A stretch of 64,000 bases of DNA from Nitrospira sp. (GCA_024331095.1 JANDJE010000003.1:35768-99767); one strand, 5' to 3'; positions 48,787 to 59,170 are shown, counted from the first letter of the stretch. A program made the numbers and translations. The notes: a model not told the origin generated them from the letters alone.

Positions 48787-50568
48787 ATGAATGCCGACGA
48801 TCGATCTTCAACTTCAGGACACAAGGCCGAATCGGGATCGGATGATCCCGTTGAGCGGGTGATCCGCTATCACGAGCGGACCAAGCATCACTATCATCGC
48901 TACGCCCGATCGCTAGGGTTTCTGGATTGGGCCAATCAACCGGATCCCTTTCGGCGGTTTACGGGCGCGGAGATGATCCCGCTTCCCTTACTGGAGGCCG
49001 ATGAAGAGCCGGAATCGCCGCCCTATGCGGCGATCTACGAGCCTGGCGCCGTTCCCTGTCGGCCTGTGACCAAACGGACGCTCTCGCGTTTCTTTGAGTT
49101 TGCCTTGGCCCTGTCGGCTTGGAAGAAGGCGGGGCAATCCGAATGGGCCCTGCGGAGCAACCCCTCCTCCGGCAATTTGCACCCGACGGAAGGCTATGTT
49201 GTGGTGCCGTGGATCGAGAGATTGGGGCTTGAACCGGGTCTCTATCACTATGCCCCAAAAGAACATGGATTGGAGCGGCGTGCATCGTTCCCAATGGAGC
49301 TGGTGACGGCGCTGCTGGCTCCCTTTCCCGCTGGCTCGTTCCTCTTCGGTCTGACATCGGTGCACTGGCGGGAGGCCTGGAAATACGGAGAAAGAGCCTT
49401 CCGCTATTGCAACCATGACGTCGGCCATGCGATCGGCACGGCCCGCATCGCCGCTGCGACCCTCGGTTGGGGCATGGTGTTGTTGGATGGCACGAACCAA
49501 CAAACGGTCGCCTCGCTGTTGGGAACCGATCGGGCCGACGACTTTGCCGAGGCGGAGCCCGAACATCCGGACTGTCTGAGCGTCGTCTGGCCGAACACCA
49601 TTGATAACGACGGCGGGATACCGGATCGGCCTTCGGTTCCCTGTGCGCTCGATCCGGCGATCGTTCGAGAATTGGCCGGATCACGGTGGTATGGGAAGGC
49701 CAACCGGTTGAGCCGAGACCATGCCGTGCACTGGGACGTCATCGACGAAGCGGCGGCAGCGAGCTGGAAGAACGTGACGGAGTCGCGGGCGGTGAATCTT
49801 CCCGATTCGTTTGCGACCGATGCTTCGCGGTTGATCCATCGAACGGGCCCCTCGGCCGGGCAGATCATCCGGCAGCGTCGAAGCGCCGTGGCCTACGACG
49901 GCAAAACGTCGATTTCTGCGCCGGTCTTTTTTCGCATGTTGCAACGTGTCATGCCGCGAGGCGAGCGCTCGCAATTGGAGCGGCCGATGCCGTGGGATGC
50001 CTGGCCCTATGAACCGGCCGTTCATCTGCTGTTGTTCGTGCATCGGATCGACGGCTTGACGCCGGGGATCTATTTTCTCGTTCGCGACGAAGACAAATTG
50101 CCGTTCATCCGTGAATCCATCAATTCCGAGATCGACTGGGTGCCGGCGCCTGGCCGTCCGGAGGACCTGCCGCTTTTCTGGTTGCTCGAAGGGGACGCGC
50201 GGAGCCTGGCGGCGCAGGTCAGTTGCCATCAGGATATCGCCGGGGACAGCGCCTTTTCCTGCGGTATGGTGGCCGAGTTTGAAGGGCTGTTGCGGCGACA
50301 CGGCGCATGGATGTATCCGCGGCTCTTTTGGGAGGCGGGTTTACTGGGACAGGTGCTGTATTTGGAAGCGGAGGCCGCCGGTGTGCGTGGGACCGGTATC
50401 GGCTGTTTTTTCGACGATCCCGTCCATCAAATTATCGCCGTGCGGGGGCTGAGCTTGCAGTCGCTCTATCATTTCACCGTCGGCGGGCCGGTTGAAGATC
50501 GACGGCTCATGACGCTGCCGCCCTATGGACATCTTAAACGGGAAGGACGCGAGGCGGGTCATGTTTAA
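48787..50568 (+). CDS. SagB/ThcOx-family nitroreductase-like dehydrogenase (two domains)
   Basis: RSNPSSGNLHPTE, WKYGERAFRYC, RQRRSA, GIGCFFDD. Confidence 0.88.
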   Translation: MNADDRSSTSGHKAESGSDDPVERVIRYHERTKHHYHRYARSLGFLDWANQPDPFRRFTGAEMIPLPLLEADEEPESPPYAAIYEPGAVPCRPVTKRTLSRFFEFALALSAWKKAGQSEWALRSNPSSGNLHPTEGYVVVPWIERLGLEPGLYHYAPKEHGLERRASFPMELVTALLAPFPAGSFLFGLTSVHWREAWKYGERAFRYCNHDVGHAIGTARIAAATLGWGMVLLDGTNQQTVASLLGTDRADDFAEAEPEHPDCLSVVWPNTIDNDGGIPDRPSVPCALDPAIVRELAGSRWYGKANRLSRDHAVHWDVIDEAAAASWKNVTESRAVNLPDSFATDASRLIHRTGPSAGQIIRQRRSAVAYDGKTSISAPVFFRMLQRVMPRGERSQLERPMPWDAWPYEPAVHLLLFVHRIDGLTPGIYFLVRDEDKLPFIRESINSEIDWVPAPGRPEDLPLFWLLEGDARSLAAQVSCHQDIAGDSAFSCGMVAEFEGLLRRHGAWMYPRLFWEAGLLGQVLYLEAEAAGVRGTGIGCFFDDPVHQIIAVRGLSLQSLYHFTVGGPVEDRRLMTLPPYGHLKREGREAGHV

Positions 50569-51412
50569 GATCAAGAAAAAATCCGAGAAACCCAAGCCGA
50601 TCGTCCTTTACAACATCGTGGAGGACTATTCCGAATTCGACGCGCCGGGCGATGTGACGGTCTGCGCGATGACGTTTCCGGAAGATCTGGAAGCCCATGC
50701 CAAGATTCTGTCGGAAAGTTACGATGTGCCGTTCGGCGAGATGACGACGTTGCTCAGGGAGGGAGGAGTGTATGTCTATCCACAAAGCGGTGGATTGTTG
50801 ACGCGCGGCTTGTTTGTCTGCGTCATCGATCGGACCGGTACAAATCCCAAGCAGACCTTCGTCTTGGATCTGATGCAGTTTGCCGAGGCGGAGCAACTGT
50901 CGCGGGCGCGGGGGATGACGTTGGAGGAAGCGGCGACGCTGGTGTTTCAAAGCACTCTTCCGAAGGATTTGCAAGAGAGGTTGAGACTCAAGAACCTGGG
51001 GCTGGACTATCGCAAGTTGGATCATGCCGTCGCCAAGGGCGGAGACATCAAGTACATCGACTTCCGCAAGGATTGGTCTCCCCATTTCAAGCGGCTCTGC
51101 ATCATGCCGGACGGCCGGCTCGTGGAGACCGGCGGCCTACGGGAGTTCGCCAAGTTGCACGGGATCACGATGGATCAGGCCAAGACGCTGATCGAGCAGG
51201 GGGGCGTCCTCGAAGTGAACGGAGAAGCGCTGGCCTGTCAAATCGTGAACGGCCGGCCGTCCGTGGCGCGGTTCAGCGCGGCGAATTACGCCAAGGCCAA
51301 ACGGTTGGCGAAAGAAAAGGGACTTCATCTCATGGACGCGTTGAGCGAGGTCGGATTCAGCGATTCGGCGATGATGCGCGGGCTGGCGCGCAGGCACATG
51401 ACGGGACGGTAG
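50561..51412 (+). CDS. Hypothetical protein with internal two-fold repeat
   Basis: Overlaps upstream stop; coding-like codon usage. Confidence 0.75.
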   Translation: MFKIKKKSEKPKPIVLYNIVEDYSEFDAPGDVTVCAMTFPEDLEAHAKILSESYDVPFGEMTTLLREGGVYVYPQSGGLLTRGLFVCVIDRTGTNPKQTFVLDLMQFAEAEQLSRARGMTLEEAATLVFQSTLPKDLQERLRLKNLGLDYRKLDHAVAKGGDIKYIDFRKDWSPHFKRLCIMPDGRLVETGGLREFAKLHGITMDQAKTLIEQGGVLEVNGEALACQIVNGRPSVARFSAANYAKAKRLAKEKGLHLMDALSEVGFSDSAMMRGLARRHMTGR

Positions 51413-51505
51413 AAGATCGACGGTCTGCCTGTCGTTCGGTTGGAAAGGGGAAGGGGTGAGGGGAAACGGTGTGACGTCAAACGGTCGCAGCGTGATCGAT
51501 CCAAA

Positions 51506-51871
51506 TTATGGCGCCGCGAGTTCTTCCTTCACGATGTGGAGAAGGGCGTTGATGTCGAACGGCTTTTCGATCGTGCGGCGCGCGCCGAACAGTTTGGCCA
51601 CGTCCAGGAAGTTGCGGTCTCCCTGGGCCCCCGTCATCGCGATGACCTTGGCGTCGAGATATTCACGAGTGAGCTGAAGGGTCGCTTCCAGCCCGTCCGT
51701 ATCGGGCATGAGCAGGTCCATGATCACCAGGTCCACGGGCTGTTTCTGATACAAAACCAGCCCTTCGCGGCCGTCGGCGGCCTCGAGCACGTGGTGCCCC
51801 TCTTTTTCAAGAATTTCTTTTAAGAGTTTCCGAATCGACTGTTCGTCGTCGATGACCAGGATGGCGGCCAT
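51506..51871 (-). CDS. Single-domain response regulator
   Basis: ILVIDDE, DLLMPDTDG, KPF. Confidence 0.93.
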   Translation of the reverse strand: MAAILVIDDEQSIRKLLKEILEKEGHHVLEAADGREGLVLYQKQPVDLVIMDLLMPDTDGLEATLQLTREYLDAKVIAMTGAQGDRNFLDVAKLFGARRTIEKPFDINALLHIVKEELAAP

Positions 51872-52107
51872 AGGGAATCCTCCACGAACGGATTGAATCT
51901 TACCCGGCGGCCTTCATGCTGTCTAGAAAGAAATATGTCCTCGAGATTATTGACGGGGAGGCGGAGGCCGGTATGATGGCGCGCGACGCGCGGAGGAGTA
52001 AAAACCGGTTGACCGTCCTTCCGATTTTTGCTAGAAGAGCCCAGCCCATCGTGCTGCAACGGACGATATCTTCAAGCAAGCCAATCAATTCTTCTGAACA
52101 GGATCTC

Positions 52108-52695
52108 ATGGACACGATGACCGATGTGAAGCAGGGCTGGACCCGGCGTGCATTTCTCGGCGTGACGTTGACGGGGATGATGTTGCTGGCCGGACGGTGG
52201 ATCTGTCCCTCGGAAACATTCGCGCGCGAGGTGCCGGATCGGGACTTGCCGGAGGGGCGGCTGACGTTCGTCAACCTCTGGACCGACGAACGGCTGGACG
52301 TGACCTATCGCGACGAAGACGGGCGCTATGACTTGGACGCTCTCGACGAGGTGAATCATATTCTCCGATGCCATCACACGGGGGAAGTCGCCGCCATCGA
52401 CGTGCGGGTGATCGAGCACGTCAACTTGGTTCAGAAATCGCTGGGTGGCTGGCGCGAGATCCACGTCGTTTCCGGTTATCGGTCGCCGGAGTACAACGCC
52501 ATGTTGGTTCGGTCGGGTCGTAGAGCGGCCAAACACAGCCTTCATATGCAGGGGCAGGCCATCGACATTCGAATCCCGGGCGTCCATCCCAAAGTGATTC
52601 GTCAAACCGCGATGAAATTGCAATACGGCGGCGTCGGCTACTATCCCCGATCGAAATTCGTGCATTTGGACTCCGGCCCCTTCCGTTTCTGGTGA
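52108..52695 (+). CDS. YcbK/DUF882 (peptidase M15) Tat-exported protein
   Basis: TRRAFLG twin-arginine, SGYRSP, SLHMQGQAID, FVHLDSG. Confidence 0.92.
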   Translation: MDTMTDVKQGWTRRAFLGVTLTGMMLLAGRWICPSETFAREVPDRDLPEGRLTFVNLWTDERLDVTYRDEDGRYDLDALDEVNHILRCHHTGEVAAIDVRVIEHVNLVQKSLGGWREIHVVSGYRSPEYNAMLVRSGRRAAKHSLHMQGQAIDIRIPGVHPKVIRQTAMKLQYGGVGYYPRSKFVHLDSGPFRFW

Positions 52696-52735
52696 TTCCC
52701 GCATCAAGCCCGCATTCCCGGTCTTCATCGCCGCG

Positions 52736-54952
52736 TCATTCTCGCTTCAGAAACAGCGCCGCAAGCGGCGGGAGGGTCAGGAGCAGGGAATGGGAAAAGT
52801 GGTGGGAAGCAAGCGGGGAGGAAGAGATTCCGCCTCCGTTTCCGACGTTGCTGCCGCCGTAACAGTCGGCGTCGGTGTTGAGTAATTCCCGATACCATCC
52901 CGATTCGGGCACGCCGATGCGATAGTCGTGACGGGGAACCGGCGTGAGATTGTACACGCAGACGACCGAACGACCCGTTGCCGGCGACGTGCGCAGAAAG
53001 GCGATCACCGAATTGTCCGCATCGTGAAAATCGATCCACTGAAATCCGCTCCAATCGAAGTCCGCCTCATGGAGCGCCGGCTCCGTTCGGTACAGGCGGT
53101 TCAGGTCGCGGACGAGGCGCTGAAGCCCACGGTGCGGCTCGAACTCGCAGAGGTGCCAGTCCAAGCTTCGATCGTGATTCCACTCCCGCCATTGGCCGAA
53201 TTCTCCGCCCATGAACAGCATCTTCTTCCCAGGGTGGCCGTACATGAGGCCGTAGAGCAGCCGGAGATTGGCGAATCGTTGCCAAAAGTCGCCGGGCATC
53301 TTGTCGAGCAGAGATCGTTTGCCGTGAACGACTTCGTCGTGCGACAGGGCGAGGACGAAATTTTCCGAGAACGCGTACAACAATCCGAAGGTGATCTGAT
53401 CCTGATGGAACCGGCGGTGCACCGGGTCGCGCGCGAAATATTCCAACATGTCGTGCATCCACCCCATGTTCCATTTGAACGTGAATCCCAGCCCCCCCGC
53501 GTAGGTGGGACGAGAGACGCCGGGCCATGCGGTGGATTCCTCGGCGATCATGATCGCGCCCGGATGTTCGCGATGCACCAGGACGTTTAAGTCCTTAATG
53601 AACGAGACGGCGCCCAGGTTTTCGTGCCCGCCGAATTCGTTGGGAATCCACTCGCCGGGCTTGCGCCCGTAATCCAGGTACAGCATGGACGCCACGGCGT
53701 CCACCCGCAGGCCGTCGATGTGGTACCTATCGAGCCAAAATAGGGCGCTGTTCAGGAGAAACGCGCGGACCTCCGGTCGGTCGTAGTTGAAGATGCGGCT
53801 GTGCCAATCCGGGTGGTAGCCGCGGCGGGGATCGGCGTGATCGTACAAATGCGTGCCGTCGAAAGTGGCCAGGCCGTGGGGGTCGTCGGGAAAATGGGCG
53901 GGGGACCAGTCCATGATGACACCCAGGCCGGCTTGATGGGCGGCGTCCACGAACGCCATGAACTCTTCAGGCCGACCGTACCGGCTGGTGGCGGCGAAAT
54001 AGCCGGTCGATTGATAGCCCCATGAGCCGTCGAACGGATGTTCCGTCACCGGCAACAATTCGAGATGGGTGTAGCCAAGGTCTTTTACATAGGGAATCAG
54101 CTTTTGCGCCAGTTCTTGATAGGTCAGCCAACGGTCGCCTTTTTCGGGAACCCGCATCCAGGAGCCGAGATGCACTTCGTAAATCGCAAGGGGAGCGGTC
54201 AGCGGATTCCAATGCGCACGAGCGGCCATCCAGTCGTGATCGTGCCAGACGTAGCGGGAAAGATCTCGGACGATGGAGGCGGTGCGGGGGCGCAATTCGC
54301 CGGCGTAGGCATAGGGGTCGGCTTTGACGAGCAGAGCTCCGTTGTGCCGGCTGAGGATCTCGTACTTATAGAGGGCTTCTTCTTGCAGACCGGGAACAAA
54401 CAGTTCCCAGAGCCCGGTCGGGCCCCGGTTGACCATGGGGTGGCAGCGGCCGTCCCATCGGTTGAAATCGCCGATCACGCTCACGCGCGCGGCGTTCGGA
54501 GCCCAGACGACGAAGTGCACGCCTATGATGTCATTGGCGCAGCGGAGGTGAGCCCCCATCCGTTCATAGGCCTTGTACCAGGTGCCTTCGGCGAAGAGGT
54601 GCAGTTCGAAATCCGTCAACAGGGGAGGAAAGGCATAGGGATCGTGCGTCTCGATAATCGTACCGTCGTCTCGCTCTACCCTGAAACGATATTGAGGAAT
54701 CGCCGTGTCTTCCGGCGCGACGGCTTCAAACAGGCCGGCCTCGTGGAGACGGGTCATCGGGATGGGCGACTGCGGCGTCGGCGTCAGTATTACCGAGACT
54801 TGTGCAGCATGGGGAAACCAGGCACGGATGAGAAGACGGCGCTGACCGTCGATCATGCAGGGATGGGGGCCCAACAGGGCGCGTGGATTCCAGTGGGTAC
54901 CCGCAATGAGACGGTCGAGATCGTCTTGCTCAAGATGAAGCATGGGCGACAT
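52736..54952 (-). CDS. glgB: 1,4-alpha-glucan branching enzyme
   Basis: WAPNA, YEVHLGSW, SWGYQ, DGLRVDAVASM, AEEST, LSHDEVVHGK. Confidence 0.97.
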   Translation of the reverse strand: MSPMLHLEQDDLDRLIAGTHWNPRALLGPHPCMIDGQRRLLIRAWFPHAAQVSVILTPTPQSPIPMTRLHEAGLFEAVAPEDTAIPQYRFRVERDDGTIIETHDPYAFPPLLTDFELHLFAEGTWYKAYERMGAHLRCANDIIGVHFVVWAPNAARVSVIGDFNRWDGRCHPMVNRGPTGLWELFVPGLQEEALYKYEILSRHNGALLVKADPYAYAGELRPRTASIVRDLSRYVWHDHDWMAARAHWNPLTAPLAIYEVHLGSWMRVPEKGDRWLTYQELAQKLIPYVKDLGYTHLELLPVTEHPFDGSWGYQSTGYFAATSRYGRPEEFMAFVDAAHQAGLGVIMDWSPAHFPDDPHGLATFDGTHLYDHADPRRGYHPDWHSRIFNYDRPEVRAFLLNSALFWLDRYHIDGLRVDAVASMLYLDYGRKPGEWIPNEFGGHENLGAVSFIKDLNVLVHREHPGAIMIAEESTAWPGVSRPTYAGGLGFTFKWNMGWMHDMLEYFARDPVHRRFHQDQITFGLLYAFSENFVLALSHDEVVHGKRSLLDKMPGDFWQRFANLRLLYGLMYGHPGKKMLFMGGEFGQWREWNHDRSLDWHLCEFEPHRGLQRLVRDLNRLYRTEPALHEADFDWSGFQWIDFHDADNSVIAFLRTSPATGRSVVCVYNLTPVPRHDYRIGVPESGWYRELLNTDADCYGGSNVGNGGGISSSPLASHHFSHSLLLTLPPLAALFLKRE

Positions 54953-55191
54953 GCCGCTATCCTAGCAGGATGGCCGGAACGTCCGCCAATTCTTTTGCTC
55001 GGGCCTTCATGACATGAAAGGAAACATCAAAAACCAAAGAAGGGTGAGCGGGCACAAGCGGTCTCGTCCGGCCGTCTTTTCAACAAGCCTTGATATTCGG
55101 CTGGGGCACATTCACGATCATTCACGGTCATTGCATTGCGGCCGGCATCTCCCGATAATGCGCGTCGCACGTCGATCACACGAGGGAGTAT

Positions 55192-56532
55192 ATGTCCGAC
55201 ATGGCGTTGGCGTTACTGATTTTCGGCACGGCCTATCTGGCCATTATTACGGAGCGTATTCATAAAACCATCGTGGCGTTGGGCGGCGCGGCCCTGATGA
55301 TCGGGCTCGGCGTCGTGTCGCAGGACGAAGCGTTCTACTCGCATGAATTCGGAGTGGACTACAACGTCGTGTTTCTGCTGATCGGGATGATGGTCATCAT
55401 CAACATCGTTCGGGAGACGGGTCTGTTCGAGGTGCTGGCGATTTGGGCGGCCAAGACGGCCAGGGCGAGGCCGTTTCGGCTCATGGTGCTGTTGGCCGTC
55501 TTGACGGCCGGCTTGTCGGCGATGCTCGACAACGTGACGACCGTTCTGCTGATGGCACCGGTGACCTTGGCCATCAGCAAGCGTCTGGAGTTGAACCCCG
55601 TCACGTTTCTCCTGTGCGAGGCGATGTCGTCCAACATCGGAGGCACCGCCACGCTGGTCGGCGATCCCCCCAACATCATGATTTCGAGCAAAGCGGATTT
55701 GGGCTATCTGGACTTTTTGTTGGTCCTGGGGCCCGCGGCAGTGGTGATCATGGGGGTGTTTCTGGGAGTGATGTGGGCGATGTTCGGCCGCCGGATGACC
55801 GTCGATCCGCATTTGCGCGAATCGGTGATGGCGCTGAATCCCAAAGACGCGATTCGCGATCAAGGGCTGTTGCGTCGCTGCCTGTGGGCGCTGGGCGCGG
55901 TCAACATCGGCTTCTGTTTCCATTCGTTCGTCCATCTGGAACCGGCGACCGTCGCGCTGCTGGGCGCGAGTGCGTTCATGCTGCTCGGCCATGCCCGAAA
56001 CCGAGCGAACGAGACCGAGGAGATGACCTATCTGGCGGAGGTCGAATGGAAAACGATCTTTTTCTTCATCGGGCTTTTTATTTTGGTCGGGAGCCTCGTC
56101 AAAGTCGGAGCGATTCGCTTTCTGGCCGAGCGGTTGGTGCATCTCACGGAAGGCAACATGGTCGGCGCCACCTTTGCCGTGCTGGTGGGGTCGGCCATGC
56201 TGTCCGCCTTTGTGGACAACATCCCTTACGTCGCGGCGATGAATCCGCTGATCGTCGATCTGGCCCGCTCCCTCCATCCCGACATCGCAGACTACACTAC
56301 CTTGGTTCATCAGCCGGATATCATCCCCCTCTGGTGGGCGCTGGCGTTGGGGGCTTGTCTGGGCGGAAACGGCACGATCATCGGTGCCAGCGCGAACGTC
56401 GTCATCGTGGACATTGCGCGCAAGGCGGGCTATCGCATCACCTTTTGGCAGTTCTTCCAACTCGGGTTTCCGGTCATGGTCGGCTCCATCGCCATCAGCG
56501 GGGTCTATCTGTGGCTCTTGTTTCTGCGATGA
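55192..56532 (+). CDS. ArsB/NhaD/SLC13-type ion transporter
   Basis: DNVTTVL, NIGGTATLVGDPPN, VDNIP, GGNGTIIGASAN. Confidence 0.92.
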   Translation: MSDMALALLIFGTAYLAIITERIHKTIVALGGAALMIGLGVVSQDEAFYSHEFGVDYNVVFLLIGMMVIINIVRETGLFEVLAIWAAKTARARPFRLMVLLAVLTAGLSAMLDNVTTVLLMAPVTLAISKRLELNPVTFLLCEAMSSNIGGTATLVGDPPNIMISSKADLGYLDFLLVLGPAAVVIMGVFLGVMWAMFGRRMTVDPHLRESVMALNPKDAIRDQGLLRRCLWALGAVNIGFCFHSFVHLEPATVALLGASAFMLLGHARNRANETEEMTYLAEVEWKTIFFFIGLFILVGSLVKVGAIRFLAERLVHLTEGNMVGATFAVLVGSAMLSAFVDNIPYVAAMNPLIVDLARSLHPDIADYTTLVHQPDIIPLWWALALGACLGGNGTIIGASANVVIVDIARKAGYRITFWQFFQLGFPVMVGSIAISGVYLWLLFLR

Positions 56533-56590
56533 GCCGGGCGGAGCCTTCAACGCGGGGAACCTTCACCATCATCATGAAACGAGGTCGAGC

Positions 56591-56884
56591 ATGTACGTGT
56601 GGAGCAAACGGTTGGTCGTCGGGATGCTCATCGGCTTTGCGGCGCTGCTGGGATTGTTTCTGATCCAAGGAGCGGGAGAGGAGCCCAGTGTACTCAAAGT
56701 CCATACCATTCGATGGATTGCGCTGAACTACGTCGGTTTGATGGTCTGGATCTTCGTTTGGATGATCGACCAGACGCGGGTGCGGGGACGAAACGTGTGG
56801 GTCTGGCTCGTTCCCTTCCTCATCGCCCCGCTGCCCACCCTGATGGGGCTCATCTTGTTTTTGCAACGACCGATGAAACGATAA
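56591..56884 (+). CDS. Small membrane protein
   Basis: GAGG RBS, three hydrophobic segments. Confidence 0.65.
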   Translation: MYVWSKRLVVGMLIGFAALLGLFLIQGAGEEPSVLKVHTIRWIALNYVGLMVWIFVWMIDQTRVRGRNVWVWLVPFLIAPLPTLMGLILFLQRPMKR

Positions 56885-57009
56885 CAACCTCAGCGGCTGC
56901 CGGATACCCTGTTCTGGTCCCGCCAGGCTGCCATTACCGACGATAGCGGTCGGCTCCGTGGGCCGGTTGGCCGGGTCGAGTTCTTTGGATCTCGTCCTGT
57001 CAAGAATTG

Positions 57010-57880
57010 CACGACCCCTCGGCGCCGCTTCTGTGAGGTTGGCGACTCCCATGGCGCGCTAAATTTTCTCAAGGTGTTTCTTGACGGTTTGCGGACTGAT
57101 GCTCAGACGATCCGCCGCTTCTTTATCCGACATTCCCTTGACTATGCAGATGATGGCCTCCTCTTCTCGTTGAGACAACCTGAGCGCCGTCTGAGCATCG
57201 ACCCAGCCCGGCCGTTCGGTTTCTTCAAGAAACAGGCAGTGCCTCTTCGGTTCTTGCAACACTCGAAGGGTGAGGGAACCGGCCTGTGTCCGGATTGAAA
57301 ATGCGCGAAGGATTCCGCCGAGGCGCTGTCGGGATTGGATCGACCACTGCCGCAAAGCCTCCGGCAGACTGGTGGCATTCGCTTCCCACTTCAAATGGGC
57401 GTGCAGAGAATTGCGGACCTGCTTGTTCGCCCAACGGATCCGGCAGTCCGGGGAAAGGCCAGGATGCCCTGGCCTAAGGAGTCTACGAACGTAGAGAACG
57501 AGCCAAGTGTCACTTGCAAATGGTGAAGCATCGTGAAGATGCCGCAGCGCATGAGAGGCATGGGGCTGAAGGAGCGTCGGCTACGATCGCTCTTCTTGCG
57601 CTGCGGGGGTAGGCAATGGTCCGTGGTTCAAGGCGAATGGAAGAAGTAGAGATGCACGACACTGGTTTCTGATGGCGGTAGATGGGGTGTTCGGCAACGA
57701 GTGCGCCGAACAACAACCTGACGGTCGGCCCGACCCGCTTGTCGACGATCGACCCTTCGCAGTATTCGCACCGTTTGCCAGACAGGAATCAATCCACGGG
57801 CTTTCGTCGTACTCAATGAACCAATTCTTCAAGGTCAAGCCGAAGCGACGAAATCATCGTAAAGAACTCATCACATATCG
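57010..57880 (-). pseudogene. LuxR-family transcriptional regulator pseudogene
   Basis: HTH LSQREEEA..GMSDKEAADRLSISPQTVKKHLEKI*RAMGVANLTEAA with in-frame TAG; frameshift near 57452; boundaries approximate. Confidence 0.75.
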
Positions 57881-57910
57881 CAAAACAAATGCGACACGAG
57901 TGGGGGATCT

Positions 57911-58057
57911 TCAGCGGGTTTGCCTGAGTGCGGTTTGGGCTACGGCAAGATCTTCCCGCTTGCCGATCGCTACAACTTCCGCAACCACTTTTTGTTCGAT
58001 GACGCGGTAGACGATTCTGACGGTCTTTGGGACCGCATAGAGTTTGTAATAGTCCGT
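57911..58057 (-). pseudogene. RelE/ParE toxin C-terminal remnant
   Basis: TDYYKLYAVPKTVRIVYRVIEQKVVAEVVAIGKREDLAV; no start. Confidence 0.7.
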
Positions 58058-58062
58058 GCGGT

Positions 58063-58188
58063 GTGGTTATTTTTGACGACCGCCACGCGGCTGCGGCGTT
58101 TACCGCTCAGATCAGCCAACACTCGTCCGAAGGAACGGGCAACTTTCGATGCGCTGAGCATTTCGTCTTTCTTATAGGCGACGGCTAT
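58063..58188 (-). pseudogene. Phd/YefM-like antitoxin N-terminal remnant
   Basis: (ATA)AVAYKKDEMLSASKVARSFGRVLADL...VAVVKNNH; start appears mutated, AAGG upstream. Confidence 0.6.
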
Positions 58189-58434
58189 AGAGCACCTTAT
58201 TGTGACAAATTCTGCGTGTCATGTAGCGTGCGATTATCACGATCTCAACGGCCGAATCCGACTAATGCGGAAGATGAGTCCTGCCTTTCAATTGCGCAAT
58301 GTGCCATCCGATGTCGCGAGATGGACACCGGCATCGCGAAAAGAGGACATGCTACTTTGCCGAAGATCACGTCTGTCGAACGTCTTCCAGAGGAGGTCGA
58401 TCAGACCCTGGGAATTCTGCCGACGCGCAGGAGG

Positions 58435-58983
58435 TCAAAGGTCATTGCGCAAGGCGTCGAACTGTTCGAGCAGCGGTTGATTGAGCGCGCGGGAAAATTC
58501 AATGAGTCTGTGACGAATCGCGACAATATCAGCCTGCGGTTGCTTCAGAAGAACGCTTTTGATGTCTTCCAGATCACGTGGGCGACCGGCGAGCATCTTA
58601 TGCACGATAAGGTCTTCGACGGTGGCGAATCGAACGTGGGTGGTACCGATGTCGACAACAGCGGCTCGGGCGATGGCGTCGCGTTCATAAGGCGTGAAAG
58701 AAAAAATGAAATCAATCCGGATGCCGGTCTCAGGATCGACACAGGGCATGACCATCGTCCGGCGTGTGAAGGAGTCGGGGTCGGCCAAAGAGCGGAGGTG
58801 TAATCGATCGACGAGTGTCATCAGGTCGGCCACTCGGTCCACATCGACACCCAGAGTGATGTCGATATCACGGGTAAGGCGAGGCTCCCCGTAGAGTAAC
58901 ACGGCTTGACCTCCGATGATCATGTAAGGGAGGCCGGCCTGATCAAGACCTCGTGCGAGTCGTTCAAGGAGTTGGGCGAACAT
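58435..58983 (-). CDS. Nucleotidyltransferase (DUF6036-like)
   Basis: YMIIGGQAV..GEPRLTRDIDI, EDLIVHK..AGRPRDLEDI. Confidence 0.85.
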   Translation of the reverse strand: MFAQLLERLARGLDQAGLPYMIIGGQAVLLYGEPRLTRDIDITLGVDVDRVADLMTLVDRLHLRSLADPDSFTRRTMVMPCVDPETGIRIDFIFSFTPYERDAIARAAVVDIGTTHVRFATVEDLIVHKMLAGRPRDLEDIKSVLLKQPQADIVAIRHRLIEFSRALNQPLLEQFDALRNDL

Positions 58984-59170
58984 TCAGGGCTTTCGCCAGA
59001 CGAAGATCGACCTCGATGCCGTCCAGCAAGTCGGCGGGAGGCCAGACACCCAGAAGGCGAGCTTCCTGGCAGAGGGCTTGGACAATGGCAAGATTGCGGG
59101 CATAGTCTGCCGGCATGGTACGGATCTGCCGGTGCTCGAATTCGCGGAGGAGGGCAGGGTTTGTAATCAT
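58964..59170 (-). CDS. Small partner protein of the nucleotidyltransferase (putative antitoxin)
   Basis: 68 aa, overlaps NTase start by 20 nt; EARLLGVWPPADLLDGIEVD. Confidence 0.65.
   Translation of the reverse strand: MITNPALLREFEHRQIRTMPADYARNLAIVQALCQEARLLGVWPPADLLDGIEVDLRLAKALNVRPTP

Noticed and set aside
48787-50568. Azole RiPP cluster around the SagB-like gene
   Set aside because: No YcaO cyclodehydratase or Cys/Ser-rich precursor nearby.
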